From IMG/VR virus record IMGVR_UViG_3300037295_000263, positions 64,001 to 128,000 of that record: a stretch of 64,000 nucleotides of DNA; one strand, given 5' to 3'. Of the stretch, positions 46,033-54,519 are shown piece after piece. How positions within the stretch are numbered: position 1 is the first letter of the stretch; each line of letters begins with the position of its first letter. The DNA is from a virus (Duplodnaviria > Caudoviricetes). Under the pieces are notes generated by a model, which saw only the letters and a program-made list of their open reading frames with translations, did not search any database and was not told the origin of the DNA. A program made the translations under genes and the position numbers.

Positions 46033-46363
46033 TGTAATCGCCTTTTGTGATAAATTGTTCTTGTTCCTCGGATATTTTTTTTGCTAACTTTTGTATTTCA
46101 TACTTGTCGAACTTTTCTTTTGAATTTTCTACTTCGTATTTTTCTAAATAATGTTTGAGACATTGCTTTACTGGCTGTACATATAATTTCCATACGTCAG
46201 GATTTCCAACATACTTTTTATGTTTTTCAACAGTAGGAAAGATGTAATTTCCTAGCATTTTGTTATCGTTATCGATAAAGAATTTTAAGTCAGCTGCCCA
46301 ATCGACATCTTGATCATTTTCTTTAGGACCACCAACAGGACTAAACATTTCTTTTAATAACAT
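46022..46363 (-). CDS. Hypothetical protein
   Basis: 113 aa; MLLKEMF N-terminus. Confidence 0.65.
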   Translation of the reverse strand: MLLKEMFSPVGGPKENDQDVDWAADLKFFIDNDNKMLGNYIFPTVEKHKKYVGNPDVWKLYVQPVKQCLKHYLEKYEVENSKEKFDKYEIQKLAKKISEEQEQFITKGDYNED

Positions 46364-46421
46364 ATTATCACCAGTTTTTGTACTAACATCATACCGACGT
46401 ATTCGGCTTATGATTTCTCAA

Positions 46422-46429
46422 TATTTATC
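46422..46429 (-). promoter_or_regulatory. Late-like motif GATAAATA
   Basis: Intergenic, heads the 46363 to nucleotidyltransferase run. Confidence 0.55.
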
Positions 46430-46431
46430 AG

Positions 46432-46788
46432 TTAAACACTATATCGAATTACATCAATTGTACCGTCCTGGATGCAAAATGCAGCTCGGATCCATACAAA
46501 GTTTCCTGTAAAGTTACGACTAGTATACACGGTTAACGGAACATTGTCAATTGATTCCACAGGAAGCCCGTTATCGTATTCTATATCAAACCAGTCTTTT
46601 TCACCAGGGTGTAGAATTAATGTACCTTGTAGCTTAACCTGACCTTTAAAATCATTAATTTGAAATATTGCAGTGTGTAGCGGAAATTCTTTACGATAGT
46701 ATCCAGCACCTTTCTGTTCTTTAGAATAAAGAAAGTTTTCAGAAATCGTACTGGCAGAATTTAATAAGATGATATTTTCAGTGGCCAT
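46432..46788 (-). CDS. Hypothetical beta-rich late protein
   Basis: 118 aa; ATG 5 nt after GATAAATA. Confidence 0.65.
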   Translation of the reverse strand: MATENIILLNSASTISENFLYSKEQKGAGYYRKEFPLHTAIFQINDFKGQVKLQGTLILHPGEKDWFDIEYDNGLPVESIDNVPLTVYTSRNFTGNFVWIRAAFCIQDGTIDVIRYSV

Positions 46789-46793
46789 AACAT

Positions 46794-46801
46794 TATTTAT
46801 C
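46794..46801 (-). promoter_or_regulatory. Late-like motif GATAAATA
   Basis: 5 nt before ATG 46788. Confidence 0.6.
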
Positions 46802-46817
46802 AGATAATATACGTGAA

Positions 46818-46851
46818 AGTGGGGCTCATTATTTGTATAATGTGCCCCACT
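46818..46851 (-). terminator. Hairpin terminator after clpA
   Basis: AGTGGGGC-x-CATTAT-loop4-ATAATG-x-GCCCCACT, followed by a short T run on the minus strand. Confidence 0.7.
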
Positions 46852-46872
46852 AGAATGTATAAATTTTACAAC

Positions 46873-49185
46873 TTACACTTGGTATATTTGCTCTTCGACC
46901 TTATTTAAAACTTTCTTTTTTCGAGGTGCTCTAGCAATTTTCATGCTTTTTTCTCTAAAAGTAAATTTAGGGCGATCTTCTTCGATAGTAACATCCACAT
47001 ACCCGCCATTTACCAATGCCCCGAATAATACTTCACGGCTCAGTGGAGATTTGATTTCGTTGTCGATTACCCGACCTAGCGGTCTAGCCCCCATCTTGCT
47101 ATCATAGCCTTTTTCGGATAACCACTTGTTTGTTGCATCATCGATGATAATTTCAATATTCTTATCATATAATTGTTCGTTAAGTTCTTTAATAAATTTC
47201 TCAACAATCTTATGCACAATTTTTGTATCAAGTTTAGCAAATTTAATGATACCATCTAATCGATTGCGGAACTCCGGAGGGAAGAATTTTTTAATAGCTT
47301 TATCGTCCTCGCCGTCTTTTGATAAATCGCCAAATCCGATAGTGTTATTTTCGTTATCGCGGGCACCTAAATTTGAAGTCATAATAAGAATGCAATTACG
47401 ACCATCAGCTTGTTTTCCATTCGATCCTGTGACAAATCCGTTATCCATAAACTGCAAAAGAATATTGCTAACATCCGAGTGGCTTTTTTCAATTTCGTCT
47501 AATAACAGCACACAGTTAGGATGTTCTTGTAGCTTAGTAATTAGCTGTCCAGCGTTGTCTTCATATCCTACATAGCCCGGAGGAGAGCCAATTAATCTAG
47601 AAACGGAATGCTTTTCTTGATATTCGCTCATGTCAAACCTTATCAATTCCATGCCCATTTTTTGGGCTAAGGCTTTAGCAGTCTCTGTTTTGCCTGTACC
47701 AGTAGGTCCAGAAAACAAGAAACTTCCTATGGGCCTATTGGGGTTTTTCATGCCTGCCTGCGATACAAAAATTTTGTCTAATAAAGTCTCAACTGCAGTA
47801 TTTTGCCCGTAAACTATCGATTTTAGATTATTTTCTAAATTAGCAAGGTTGTTGCTTTCTTTTTGAGCAACATTTTCCAATGGAATGTTAATCATCTTGC
47901 TTAATTCATAAACAATTTGTTCAACATCTACAATCTGCGTAATTCCTTCTTCGGCAGGATCATCTTTAAGTTTATATCGAGCAGCAGCACAGTCGAGTAT
48001 ATCGATGGCTTTATCTGGAAGTTTTTTGTCTGCCATGTATTTTACACTTAACTTTACTGCCTGTTCGATAGCACCGTCTGTGATTTTTACATTATGGTGT
48101 TGTTCGTAATATCTTTTAATACCTTTAAGTATTTTAACTGTAATTTCGGGAGTAGGTTCGTCGATAGTAACCCGCTGAAACCGGCGCATTAGTGCTCTAT
48201 CTTTTTCAAAATGCTTTCGGTATTCTTCCCAAGTTGTGCTAGCAATCAGTTTAATCAGACCTTTAGTTAACATGGGTTTAATCATATTACTCATATCATT
48301 AGATCCTTGGTTAGACGATCCTGCACCTTGCATCATGTGCGCTTCATCAATAAACAGGATAACTTTTCCTTTTTTCTCTAAAGCAGCCATAACCGACTTA
48401 ACTCTTTCTTCAAAGTCTCCTCGATATTTTGACCCTGCTAACATAGCACTAATGTCTAATGTATAAACTTCGTGATCAAGAATAAACTTAGGAACTTTTT
48501 TCTCAAATATTTTTCGAGCAATACCTTCCGCAATGGCTGTTTTACCTACGCCAGGGTCACCGACCATAAGAACATTACTTTTGTTACGTCGAGCCAATAC
48601 TAATTGTATTTTTTCAATTTCTTCATCTCGTCCAATTACCGGGTCAATTTTACGTTGCTTTGCTAACGCAGAAAGGTTTGTACAATAAGTGTTGATGACT
48701 TGATCGATTTGAGATTTATTTGGCTGGCTTGTACTATCGTTTGCTGCCTCGGGAAGATTTTCTTGACAATGCTTAATTAATTTTTCCTTAGTAAGACCGG
48801 CCTTAGACATAAAATAAAAACTAAAGCTATTCTTTTCGCTAAGAATGCTTAGTAACAAATCGGAAATGTTTATGTTTTCTCGGTTATTAAATAATACTTG
48901 CGTAAAACAACGGTTTAACACACGCTCAACCGAATTAGTTTTTTTAGGCTTCACCTCTTCATGATCAACTTTAATATCGTTAAGATTTGAAATAATGTAT
49001 TGATCAATATTTGCTTTAATAAATTTCGAATCTGCTCCTGCTTTCTTAATTAATTCGAACGAATCCTCATCCTGCATTATAGAATGTACTAAATGTTCGA
49101 TAGTTATGTATTCGTGTTTATGTAGAGTCGCTAACTCTACAGATTTATCAAAAATCTCTTGCAATTTTTTACTAGGTTCAATCAT
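46873..49185 (-). CDS. clpA: ClpA-like Hsp100 AAA+ unfoldase
   Basis: N-domain HEYITIEH; GDPGVGKT; KYRGDFEER; FIDEAH; GPTGTGKT; DMSEYQEKHSVSRLIGSPPGYVG; IGF loop; no M-domain. Confidence 0.93.
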   Translation of the reverse strand: MIEPSKKLQEIFDKSVELATLHKHEYITIEHLVHSIMQDEDSFELIKKAGADSKFIKANIDQYIISNLNDIKVDHEEVKPKKTNSVERVLNRCFTQVLFNNRENINISDLLLSILSEKNSFSFYFMSKAGLTKEKLIKHCQENLPEAANDSTSQPNKSQIDQVINTYCTNLSALAKQRKIDPVIGRDEEIEKIQLVLARRNKSNVLMVGDPGVGKTAIAEGIARKIFEKKVPKFILDHEVYTLDISAMLAGSKYRGDFEERVKSVMAALEKKGKVILFIDEAHMMQGAGSSNQGSNDMSNMIKPMLTKGLIKLIASTTWEEYRKHFEKDRALMRRFQRVTIDEPTPEITVKILKGIKRYYEQHHNVKITDGAIEQAVKLSVKYMADKKLPDKAIDILDCAAARYKLKDDPAEEGITQIVDVEQIVYELSKMINIPLENVAQKESNNLANLENNLKSIVYGQNTAVETLLDKIFVSQAGMKNPNRPIGSFLFSGPTGTGKTETAKALAQKMGMELIRFDMSEYQEKHSVSRLIGSPPGYVGYEDNAGQLITKLQEHPNCVLLLDEIEKSHSDVSNILLQFMDNGFVTGSNGKQADGRNCILIMTSNLGARDNENNTIGFGDLSKDGEDDKAIKKFFPPEFRNRLDGIIKFAKLDTKIVHKIVEKFIKELNEQLYDKNIEIIIDDATNKWLSEKGYDSKMGARPLGRVIDNEIKSPLSREVLFGALVNGGYVDVTIEEDRPKFTFREKSMKIARAPRKKKVLNKVEEQIYQV

Positions 49186-49679
49186 TTTAGGTTCTTCCTT
49201 AGTTTCTTCATAGCTAATTGTAATTTCAAAGGCGATACGTTGTCAACGAAGCAAACACCATTCAAGTGATCCAGCTCATGTTGAAAACATCTAGCAACGT
49301 ATCCGTCCATAGTCACTGTGTGCGTGTTGGCGTTGCTATCTTGGTATTCTGCAGTTATTTTTGAAGGTCGTTTAACGTTCAAATACAGTCCTGGATAACT
49401 AAGACATCCTTCTCGAAACAAGCTAGTTTCGGTACTTTCTTCGAGAATAACGGGATTGAATACACCAAATGGCATTGGAAATCCGTCGATGTTAAAACTG
49501 CCCATTACAAAAACACGATCGGTTAGCCCAATTTGATTAGCAGCCAGACCAATGCCGTTATTCGATATCATCAAGTTTATCATATCTTGTTCGAGTTGTT
49601 TTGCATTGTTATTTACAGAAAAATCCCAAGCTGTACTGGACATAACTAGACTTTCATGTTCTCCTAAATTATACTCCAT
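49182..49679 (-). CDS. def: Peptide deformylase
   Basis: GIGLAANQ, EGCLS, QHELDH. Confidence 0.93.
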   Translation of the reverse strand: MEYNLGEHESLVMSSTAWDFSVNNNAKQLEQDMINLMISNNGIGLAANQIGLTDRVFVMGSFNIDGFPMPFGVFNPVILEESTETSLFREGCLSYPGLYLNVKRPSKITAEYQDSNANTHTVTMDGYVARCFQHELDHLNGVCFVDNVSPLKLQLAMKKLRKNLK

Positions 49680-50496
49680 CTTTAATTTCCTTTATTTTTT
49701 GTAATTGTTCAACAGATAAATTTGTCGGAATACTAGTTGATATTTTAATTAGCAAATTTCCTTTATCAGAAGATCGTAAAATTGGCATTCCTTCTGCTCG
49801 GCAGCTTAATATTGTTCCATGCTGTGTTCCTGATGGAATTGAAATTTGAAATTGTTTTTTAGACAACGTTTCGATAGTTAGTGTACTTCCTAATATAGCG
49901 TCCCATACTGAAATAGATTGTTCGTATATTAAATGATTACCTTCTCTGTGAAAGATTGCGTGGGGTAGCACATTAACGTTTACAATTAAATCTCCTGCAG
50001 GAATGCCAGGAATACTGTCATCACCCAAGCCGTGGTATTTTATCTGTTGCCGATGTAACACACCGGGCGGAATATTAATTTTAATAGTTTTATTTGAGTT
50101 ATCCGGAAGAGTTATGTCAGCACCAATCTCTTTTCCTACTAATACATCCTCGAGTGTAACATTTACTACAAAATTAAAAGATTTGTTTACCTGTTGACGT
50201 TGATGATGAAAGTTAAATCCAAAATGACTAAAGATATCATTAAAATTTCCAGAATCAAAATGGAAATCTTGTGAATTAGTAGGATTTTTAGATGAAGCTG
50301 GGTCGTGCCCAGCATCTATCATACTCTTTTTTTCTGGATCACTTAAAAATTCATAAGCTTGGTTTATTTTTTTAAAGTGTTCTTCATCACCTCCGCGATC
50401 CGGATGGTGCTTCATTGCTAATTTACGATAAGCTTTTTTAATTTCTTCAGAAGAAGATGGAGAAGTTAATTCTAGTAGGCTATAGTAATCTTTCAT
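49669..50496 (-). CDS. dnaJ: Class B DnaJ/CbpA-like co-chaperone
   Basis: J-domain with HPD, short G/F region, C-terminal domain with GDL; no Zn finger. Confidence 0.9.
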   Translation of the reverse strand: MKDYYSLLELTSPSSSEEIKKAYRKLAMKHHPDRGGDEEHFKKINQAYEFLSDPEKKSMIDAGHDPASSKNPTNSQDFHFDSGNFNDIFSHFGFNFHHQRQQVNKSFNFVVNVTLEDVLVGKEIGADITLPDNSNKTIKINIPPGVLHRQQIKYHGLGDDSIPGIPAGDLIVNVNVLPHAIFHREGNHLIYEQSISVWDAILGSTLTIETLSKKQFQISIPSGTQHGTILSCRAEGMPILRSSDKGNLLIKISTSIPTNLSVEQLQKIKEIKDGV

Positions 50497-50516
50497 TTAT
50501 ATGCTCGCATAGTATA

Positions 50517-50545
50517 ACTATACTGTAAAAATATTACGTTGTCAA
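50517..50545 (-). promoter_or_regulatory. Sigma70-type promoter TTGACA-N17-TATAGT
   Basis: Near-consensus, upstream of dnaJ-def-clpA. Confidence 0.8.
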
Positions 50546-50551
50546 CTACGA

Positions 50552-50890
50552 CTAGCTAACAGAAGATTTTTTTTCATTCATATACTTGTCAAATATAGCG
50601 TTGGTAACCCATACTCCTATATATCCTACAAAATACCATTCTGTTAATTGCCCCATGACTACAAGATATATAAATCCCCATGTACTAACAATCCATGCTC
50701 CAAACCGTGCAAATTTTTCACTATCGATTTTGTTATTGGTAGAAATTAAATCCTCAAGGTTGATGTTGTCAGTTTTATCTAAATGTACTACAGTCAACGA
50801 AACCATTACGACTAGAATTAATGTAAACAACAACAACCCCATTATGTTTTCAGCATTAAATAATCTTAAAAATTCTGTAATAGTGTCCAT
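50552..50890 (-). CDS. Putative holin
   Basis: Three hydrophobic segments; last gene of the lysis cassette. Confidence 0.5.
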   Translation of the reverse strand: MDTITEFLRLFNAENIMGLLLFTLILVVMVSLTVVHLDKTDNINLEDLISTNNKIDSEKFARFGAWIVSTWGFIYLVVMGQLTEWYFVGYIGVWVTNAIFDKYMNEKKSSVS

Positions 50891-50898
50891 AGTTGCTC

Positions 50899-51159
50899 CT
50901 AGTCTACGCTTTCGAATATTGTTTTTTGTTCTTTATACCACGATTGCCATGCATTCACTTTTGCTTGACATTCGAGATACAAATTATAGTTGTCAGTAAC
51001 AACAACTAATAGGTCAGACATTTTAGTTGTATCGACGGGTACAAGTTGTAATGGAGCACACTGAGTTTTTATACTAGGAGGAATGTCGGGAAATTTACGT
51101 TCGACTATAGTTTGGCATCCTGTTAACAGCATAACAAATACTACAACAAATAATTTCAT
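50899..51159 (-). CDS. Putative o-spanin lipoprotein (Rz1-like)
   Basis: Signal peptide with lipobox LTGC; Pro/Cys-rich mature part; ATGA overlap with the i-spanin. Confidence 0.75.
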   Translation of the reverse strand: MKLFVVVFVMLLTGCQTIVERKFPDIPPSIKTQCAPLQLVPVDTTKMSDLLVVVTDNYNLYLECQAKVNAWQSWYKEQKTIFESVD

Positions 51160-51584
51160 CGAGATGCTCCTGTTGCTCTGTTTAGTATTTCTACAACTTT
51201 GGGATTAATTTGGCAGTTACTATCTAGCTCAGTTGAATATTCTCTTATACTACCCAACACTTCGTATTTTATTCGTTCAACAACTTGCACGCGATCTCTG
51301 TAGACATATTCTATAGAGGCATTAGCCTCTGATGCGCGTTGCTCTGCTCTTGCAATTTCTAATTGCATGTCAGCAAGGCGTTCGCGGTATTCACTATCCT
51401 TGCTAATTCCGCCAGCAAACCACACACCTACTACTGTTAAAAATAAACCTGCCAGAAGAATAGGAGTATTATATTTGCTAATAAACGGAAACTGTTGTAA
51501 AAATACGCTAACTATTATCAGCAATAGGCCGATTAGTAAAGCTGTATAGAAAACACCATCAGGTAAAAACCCAATTAGCCACAT
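51156..51584 (-). CDS. Putative i-spanin (Rz-like)
   Basis: N-terminal TM segments, then coiled coil and a C-terminal Cys; lies between endolysin and lipoprotein. Confidence 0.7.
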   Translation of the reverse strand: MWLIGFLPDGVFYTALLIGLLLIIVSVFLQQFPFISKYNTPILLAGLFLTVVGVWFAGGISKDSEYRERLADMQLEIARAEQRASEANASIEYVYRDRVQVVERIKYEVLGSIREYSTELDSNCQINPKVVEILNRATGASR

Positions 51585-51593
51585 ATAGGTTCC

Positions 51594-52046
51594 TTAAATT
51601 GACAATTCAAAATGAGGGCCGTCGATGAACGGTCTTCTTTTTTGAGACCTTCTTAAATCGATGTATTCGTCCATTGCATCCTGCATTGTAGAATCCCATT
51701 TCCTTATATCTTTTATATGCCAAGCTGCTCCCCATCTTACAGGCACATCAACTTCCATAGCTGCTAATCTTACAGCGTCGGCAATGTTATCGTAAAGATT
51801 CAACTCCCATGACACTCTAGTACCTATATATGCAACTAAATCTACAGCAAGCCCTTGAATGTGTTTTGAATCCATAGTTTGGCTAGCACCTGCTGCTACC
51901 AATTCACGCTGTCGATCTACTGAACGTAATCCTTCAGTAACTCCAAAATCAACTGAAGTATAATTAAAAGCTAACTTAACTACCTGTACTAACGAGTCGT
52001 TGACTCCAGATAGCCTGCTTAGACTTCTTTCCGATAAAATAAACAT
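51594..52046 (-). CDS. Endolysin, M15 L-Ala-D-Glu peptidase (T5 lys-like)
   Basis: TEGLRS..RQ, SKHIQGLAVD, DGPHFEL. Confidence 0.88.
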   Translation of the reverse strand: MFILSERSLSRLSGVNDSLVQVVKLAFNYTSVDFGVTEGLRSVDRQRELVAAGASQTMDSKHIQGLAVDLVAYIGTRVSWELNLYDNIADAVRLAAMEVDVPVRWGAAWHIKDIRKWDSTMQDAMDEYIDLRRSQKRRPFIDGPHFELSI

Positions 52047-52047
52047 A

Positions 52048-52782
52048 TTATAACCTTTTTAATAGTAATGAATTATCGCCATTCTTAAAAAGAAAATGGT
52101 CTTGATACTTGTCTATCTGATAATCTCCTAATACTTTGGTAAGCCAGAAAATCTCACCCATTGCATTAGTATCCAATGATGCTGCTCCTTCTATCACAGC
52201 TTGCGGATTATCTTCAGAAATTATCTCTAACTGAACTGTTTTTCCAAAGGGTTTATGTATTGTAATTATGTTGTTACTAATGGATAAATCATCCATTAAT
52301 GTTTTGTTAAAAAACTGTTTAATACCTTCTGTTTTAATTTTTAAAAGTAAACCATCGTATAGCTGAGGAGTCGAAGGAACTACTTCTCCGAGTACATCCA
52401 TGGAGGCTTCGTGTATTTGCGAATTCTTATGATATTTGAATTTCCAATCATTTATATTGGTTAATTTGTACACCCCATAAGTTAAGTCTTTAATTTGTTC
52501 AGATAATTGATCAGTTCTTTTTATTTCAACGAATATAGAATATTCTCCATTTTCGTTTTCTCCAGAGCTGATATCAGCATCTAATACAAAGTTATATCCT
52601 TTCTCAATAAACTCCATAAGATCTCTTGCAGGCGCCCGATCCTTAGCAGTAAAGCTTATCACACATACGTCTCGATCTTCGCCCATTTTTGATTTATAAG
52701 AATCAACTTCGAAGGTGGGGTATATCATTTCTTGTAAATCGTTAGTACGTAGTCCTTCAAATATCTGTTGGTAATTCTTCAT
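52048..52782 (-). CDS. Hypothetical protein (capsid-targeting-like N-terminus)
   Basis: Start set at MKNYQQIFEG (52782). Confidence 0.6.
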   Translation of the reverse strand: MKNYQQIFEGLRTNDLQEMIYPTFEVDSYKSKMGEDRDVCVISFTAKDRAPARDLMEFIEKGYNFVLDADISSGENENGEYSIFVEIKRTDQLSEQIKDLTYGVYKLTNINDWKFKYHKNSQIHEASMDVLGEVVPSTPQLYDGLLLKIKTEGIKQFFNKTLMDDLSISNNIITIHKPFGKTVQLEIISEDNPQAVIEGAASLDTNAMGEIFWLTKVLGDYQIDKYQDHFLFKNGDNSLLLKRL

Positions 52783-53293
52783 CTGTAATATCCTGTATTT
52801 TTTGTTCTGTGCTGTCTTTACTGGAGGCTTGTATAGTTTGTTGGTTAACAATGTCAGCTACTTTATTTTGGTCAAGATTTCGGTAACCTCTATTAATATC
52901 GTTCATAAGCTTCTTAGGAATAGTTATGCGAACACTCCAAATAGGGGAATAATCGATTTTACCTTTACGAGTTCCTGCTCGAATATCCTCTGGTTTTTTA
53001 ATTTTTCTAACACTTGCTATTTTACTTTCGGCAAATTCTACCTTGCATCCGTAATCAATTAGCCGTGTGCCGGCTGTTGGATCAGGCATTTTGTCGTATG
53101 GCCACATAAATGTACATTCGACAAAGTATCTTTTTTCGTACGGACCACTGACTAATTCCCCATCTATCCAGTTATCGTAAACATACATGTCTAGTTCATC
53201 TAACACTCTTTCAAAATCTTTGAGTAAATTTAAACTATTGTTAGATCCGTATATTTGCTCAATGTTTTGAATAATATCTTTAATATCGGCCAT
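52757..53293 (-). CDS. Hypothetical protein
   Basis: 178 aa; GAGGAG RBS right after a late motif. Confidence 0.7.
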   Translation of the reverse strand: MADIKDIIQNIEQIYGSNNSLNLLKDFERVLDELDMYVYDNWIDGELVSGPYEKRYFVECTFMWPYDKMPDPTAGTRLIDYGCKVEFAESKIASVRKIKKPEDIRAGTRKGKIDYSPIWSVRITIPKKLMNDINRGYRNLDQNKVADIVNQQTIQASSKDSTEQKIQDITDEELPTDI

Positions 53294-53309
53294 AATTTCT
53301 CCTCAAATG

Positions 53310-53317
53310 TATTTATC
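53310..53317 (-). promoter_or_regulatory. Late-like motif GATAAATA
   Basis: Directly before GAGGAG and ATG 53293. Confidence 0.6.
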
Positions 53318-53358
53318 GCCATAATACAAACATAACACTTAATCTTTTTGCTGTTGAG

Positions 53359-53365
53359 TTAAATA
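53359..53365 (+). promoter_or_regulatory. Late-like motif TTAAATA
   Basis: Divergent intergenic region; 5 nt before ATG 53371, upstream of phoH. Confidence 0.45.
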
Positions 53366-53427
53366 AGATTATGCCAGAAACAAATAAAACGTTTGTAACT
53401 GCATATTCCAAGGAGGATTAACCTTAC

Positions 53428-54153
53428 ATGAAGCGTAAAAGATCAGCAGTTCAAAAACCTCAATATACCGAGTCTAATGTAGTAGGGCTTGCACAAGCCC
53501 CAAAAAAGAAGCAACGAGTGGTAATATATCCCAAAAATCTAAGCCAAGAAAATTACTTAATCAAACTCAATGATTTTGATAAAAAGATAATTTTTGCAAT
53601 AGGGCCAGCAGGTACTGGTAAAACTATGCTAGCAGTACAATGGGCAATTGACCAATTAAAAGACGGCATCGTCGAAAAGATTATTATTACTCGACCAGCC
53701 GTTTCTGTTGACGAAGAACATGGGTTTTTACCGGGAGATTTAAATGAAAAAATGGCACCGTGGACTAGACCGATCATGGATGTATTTGCAGAAAACTTTT
53801 GTGCTAAAGATATTGCTTCTATGATCGAAGAAGGTACGATAGAAACAAGTCCGCTAGCATATATGCGTGGTCGAACGTTTAAACATGCAGTAATTATTGC
53901 AGACGAAATGCAAAATGCAACTCCTAGTCAGATGAAAATGTTGCTCACTCGTTTAGGTACAGGTAGTAAAATGGTAGTAACTGGCGATTTACAGCAAGCA
54001 GACCGACCTAGCAATAACGGACTGTTGGAATTCCTAGGGTTATTTACTAACTTTGAAAAACAGAAGTATGTCGATATGTGCCATTTTACTGCATCTGACA
54101 TTGAACGTCATGAAGCTGTAAAGGAAATCTTAAAAATATACAAAGACGAATAG
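53428..54153 (+). CDS. phoH: PhoH-family ATPase
   Basis: GPAGTGKT, ITRPAV, GFLPG, YMRGRT, DEMQN, GDLQQAD. Confidence 0.93.
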   Translation: MKRKRSAVQKPQYTESNVVGLAQAPKKKQRVVIYPKNLSQENYLIKLNDFDKKIIFAIGPAGTGKTMLAVQWAIDQLKDGIVEKIIITRPAVSVDEEHGFLPGDLNEKMAPWTRPIMDVFAENFCAKDIASMIEEGTIETSPLAYMRGRTFKHAVIIADEMQNATPSQMKMLLTRLGTGSKMVVTGDLQQADRPSNNGLLEFLGLFTNFEKQKYVDMCHFTASDIERHEAVKEILKIYKDE

Positions 54154-54181
54154 AATAACGCCGAGCATGCTCGGCGTTATT
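54154..54181. terminator. Perfect 28-bp palindrome, bidirectional terminator candidate
   Basis: AATAACGCCGAGCATGCTCGGCGTTATT between convergent phoH and ferredoxin. Confidence 0.75.
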
Positions 54182-54195
54182 GACGTTTGAAATTA

Positions 54196-54519
54196 CTATT
54201 CCTCGAGAAGATTAATTTTATTGGGTGTTCCGTTCCATTCGGCAGCATCGGGTAACGCTTCTTTTTTTCGAGTAATATTTGGCCATTTTTTGCTAAGCCG
54301 TGTATTAATATCGAGCCAAAAAACTACGTCAATATCGATATCGTTGTCTGTTTTAATAGCATCGACTGGGCATTCGGGTATGCACACTCCGCAGTCTATA
54401 CATTCATCGGGATCGATTGCTAAAAAGTTTGGACCTTCATAAAAACAATCAACAGGACATACTGAAACACAATCTGTATGTTTACATTTAATACAGTTAT
54501 CAGTTACTAGGTGTGTCAC
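54196..54519 (-). CDS. fdxA: FdxA-type (Azotobacter FdI-like) ferredoxin
   Basis: [18 protein letters not shown]...[12 protein letters not shown]; C-terminal WPNIT; GTG start. Confidence 0.9.
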   Translation of the reverse strand: MTHLVTDNCIKCKHTDCVSVCPVDCFYEGPNFLAIDPDECIDCGVCIPECPVDAIKTDNDIDIDVVFWLDINTRLSKKWPNITRKKEALPDAAEWNGTPNKINLLEE

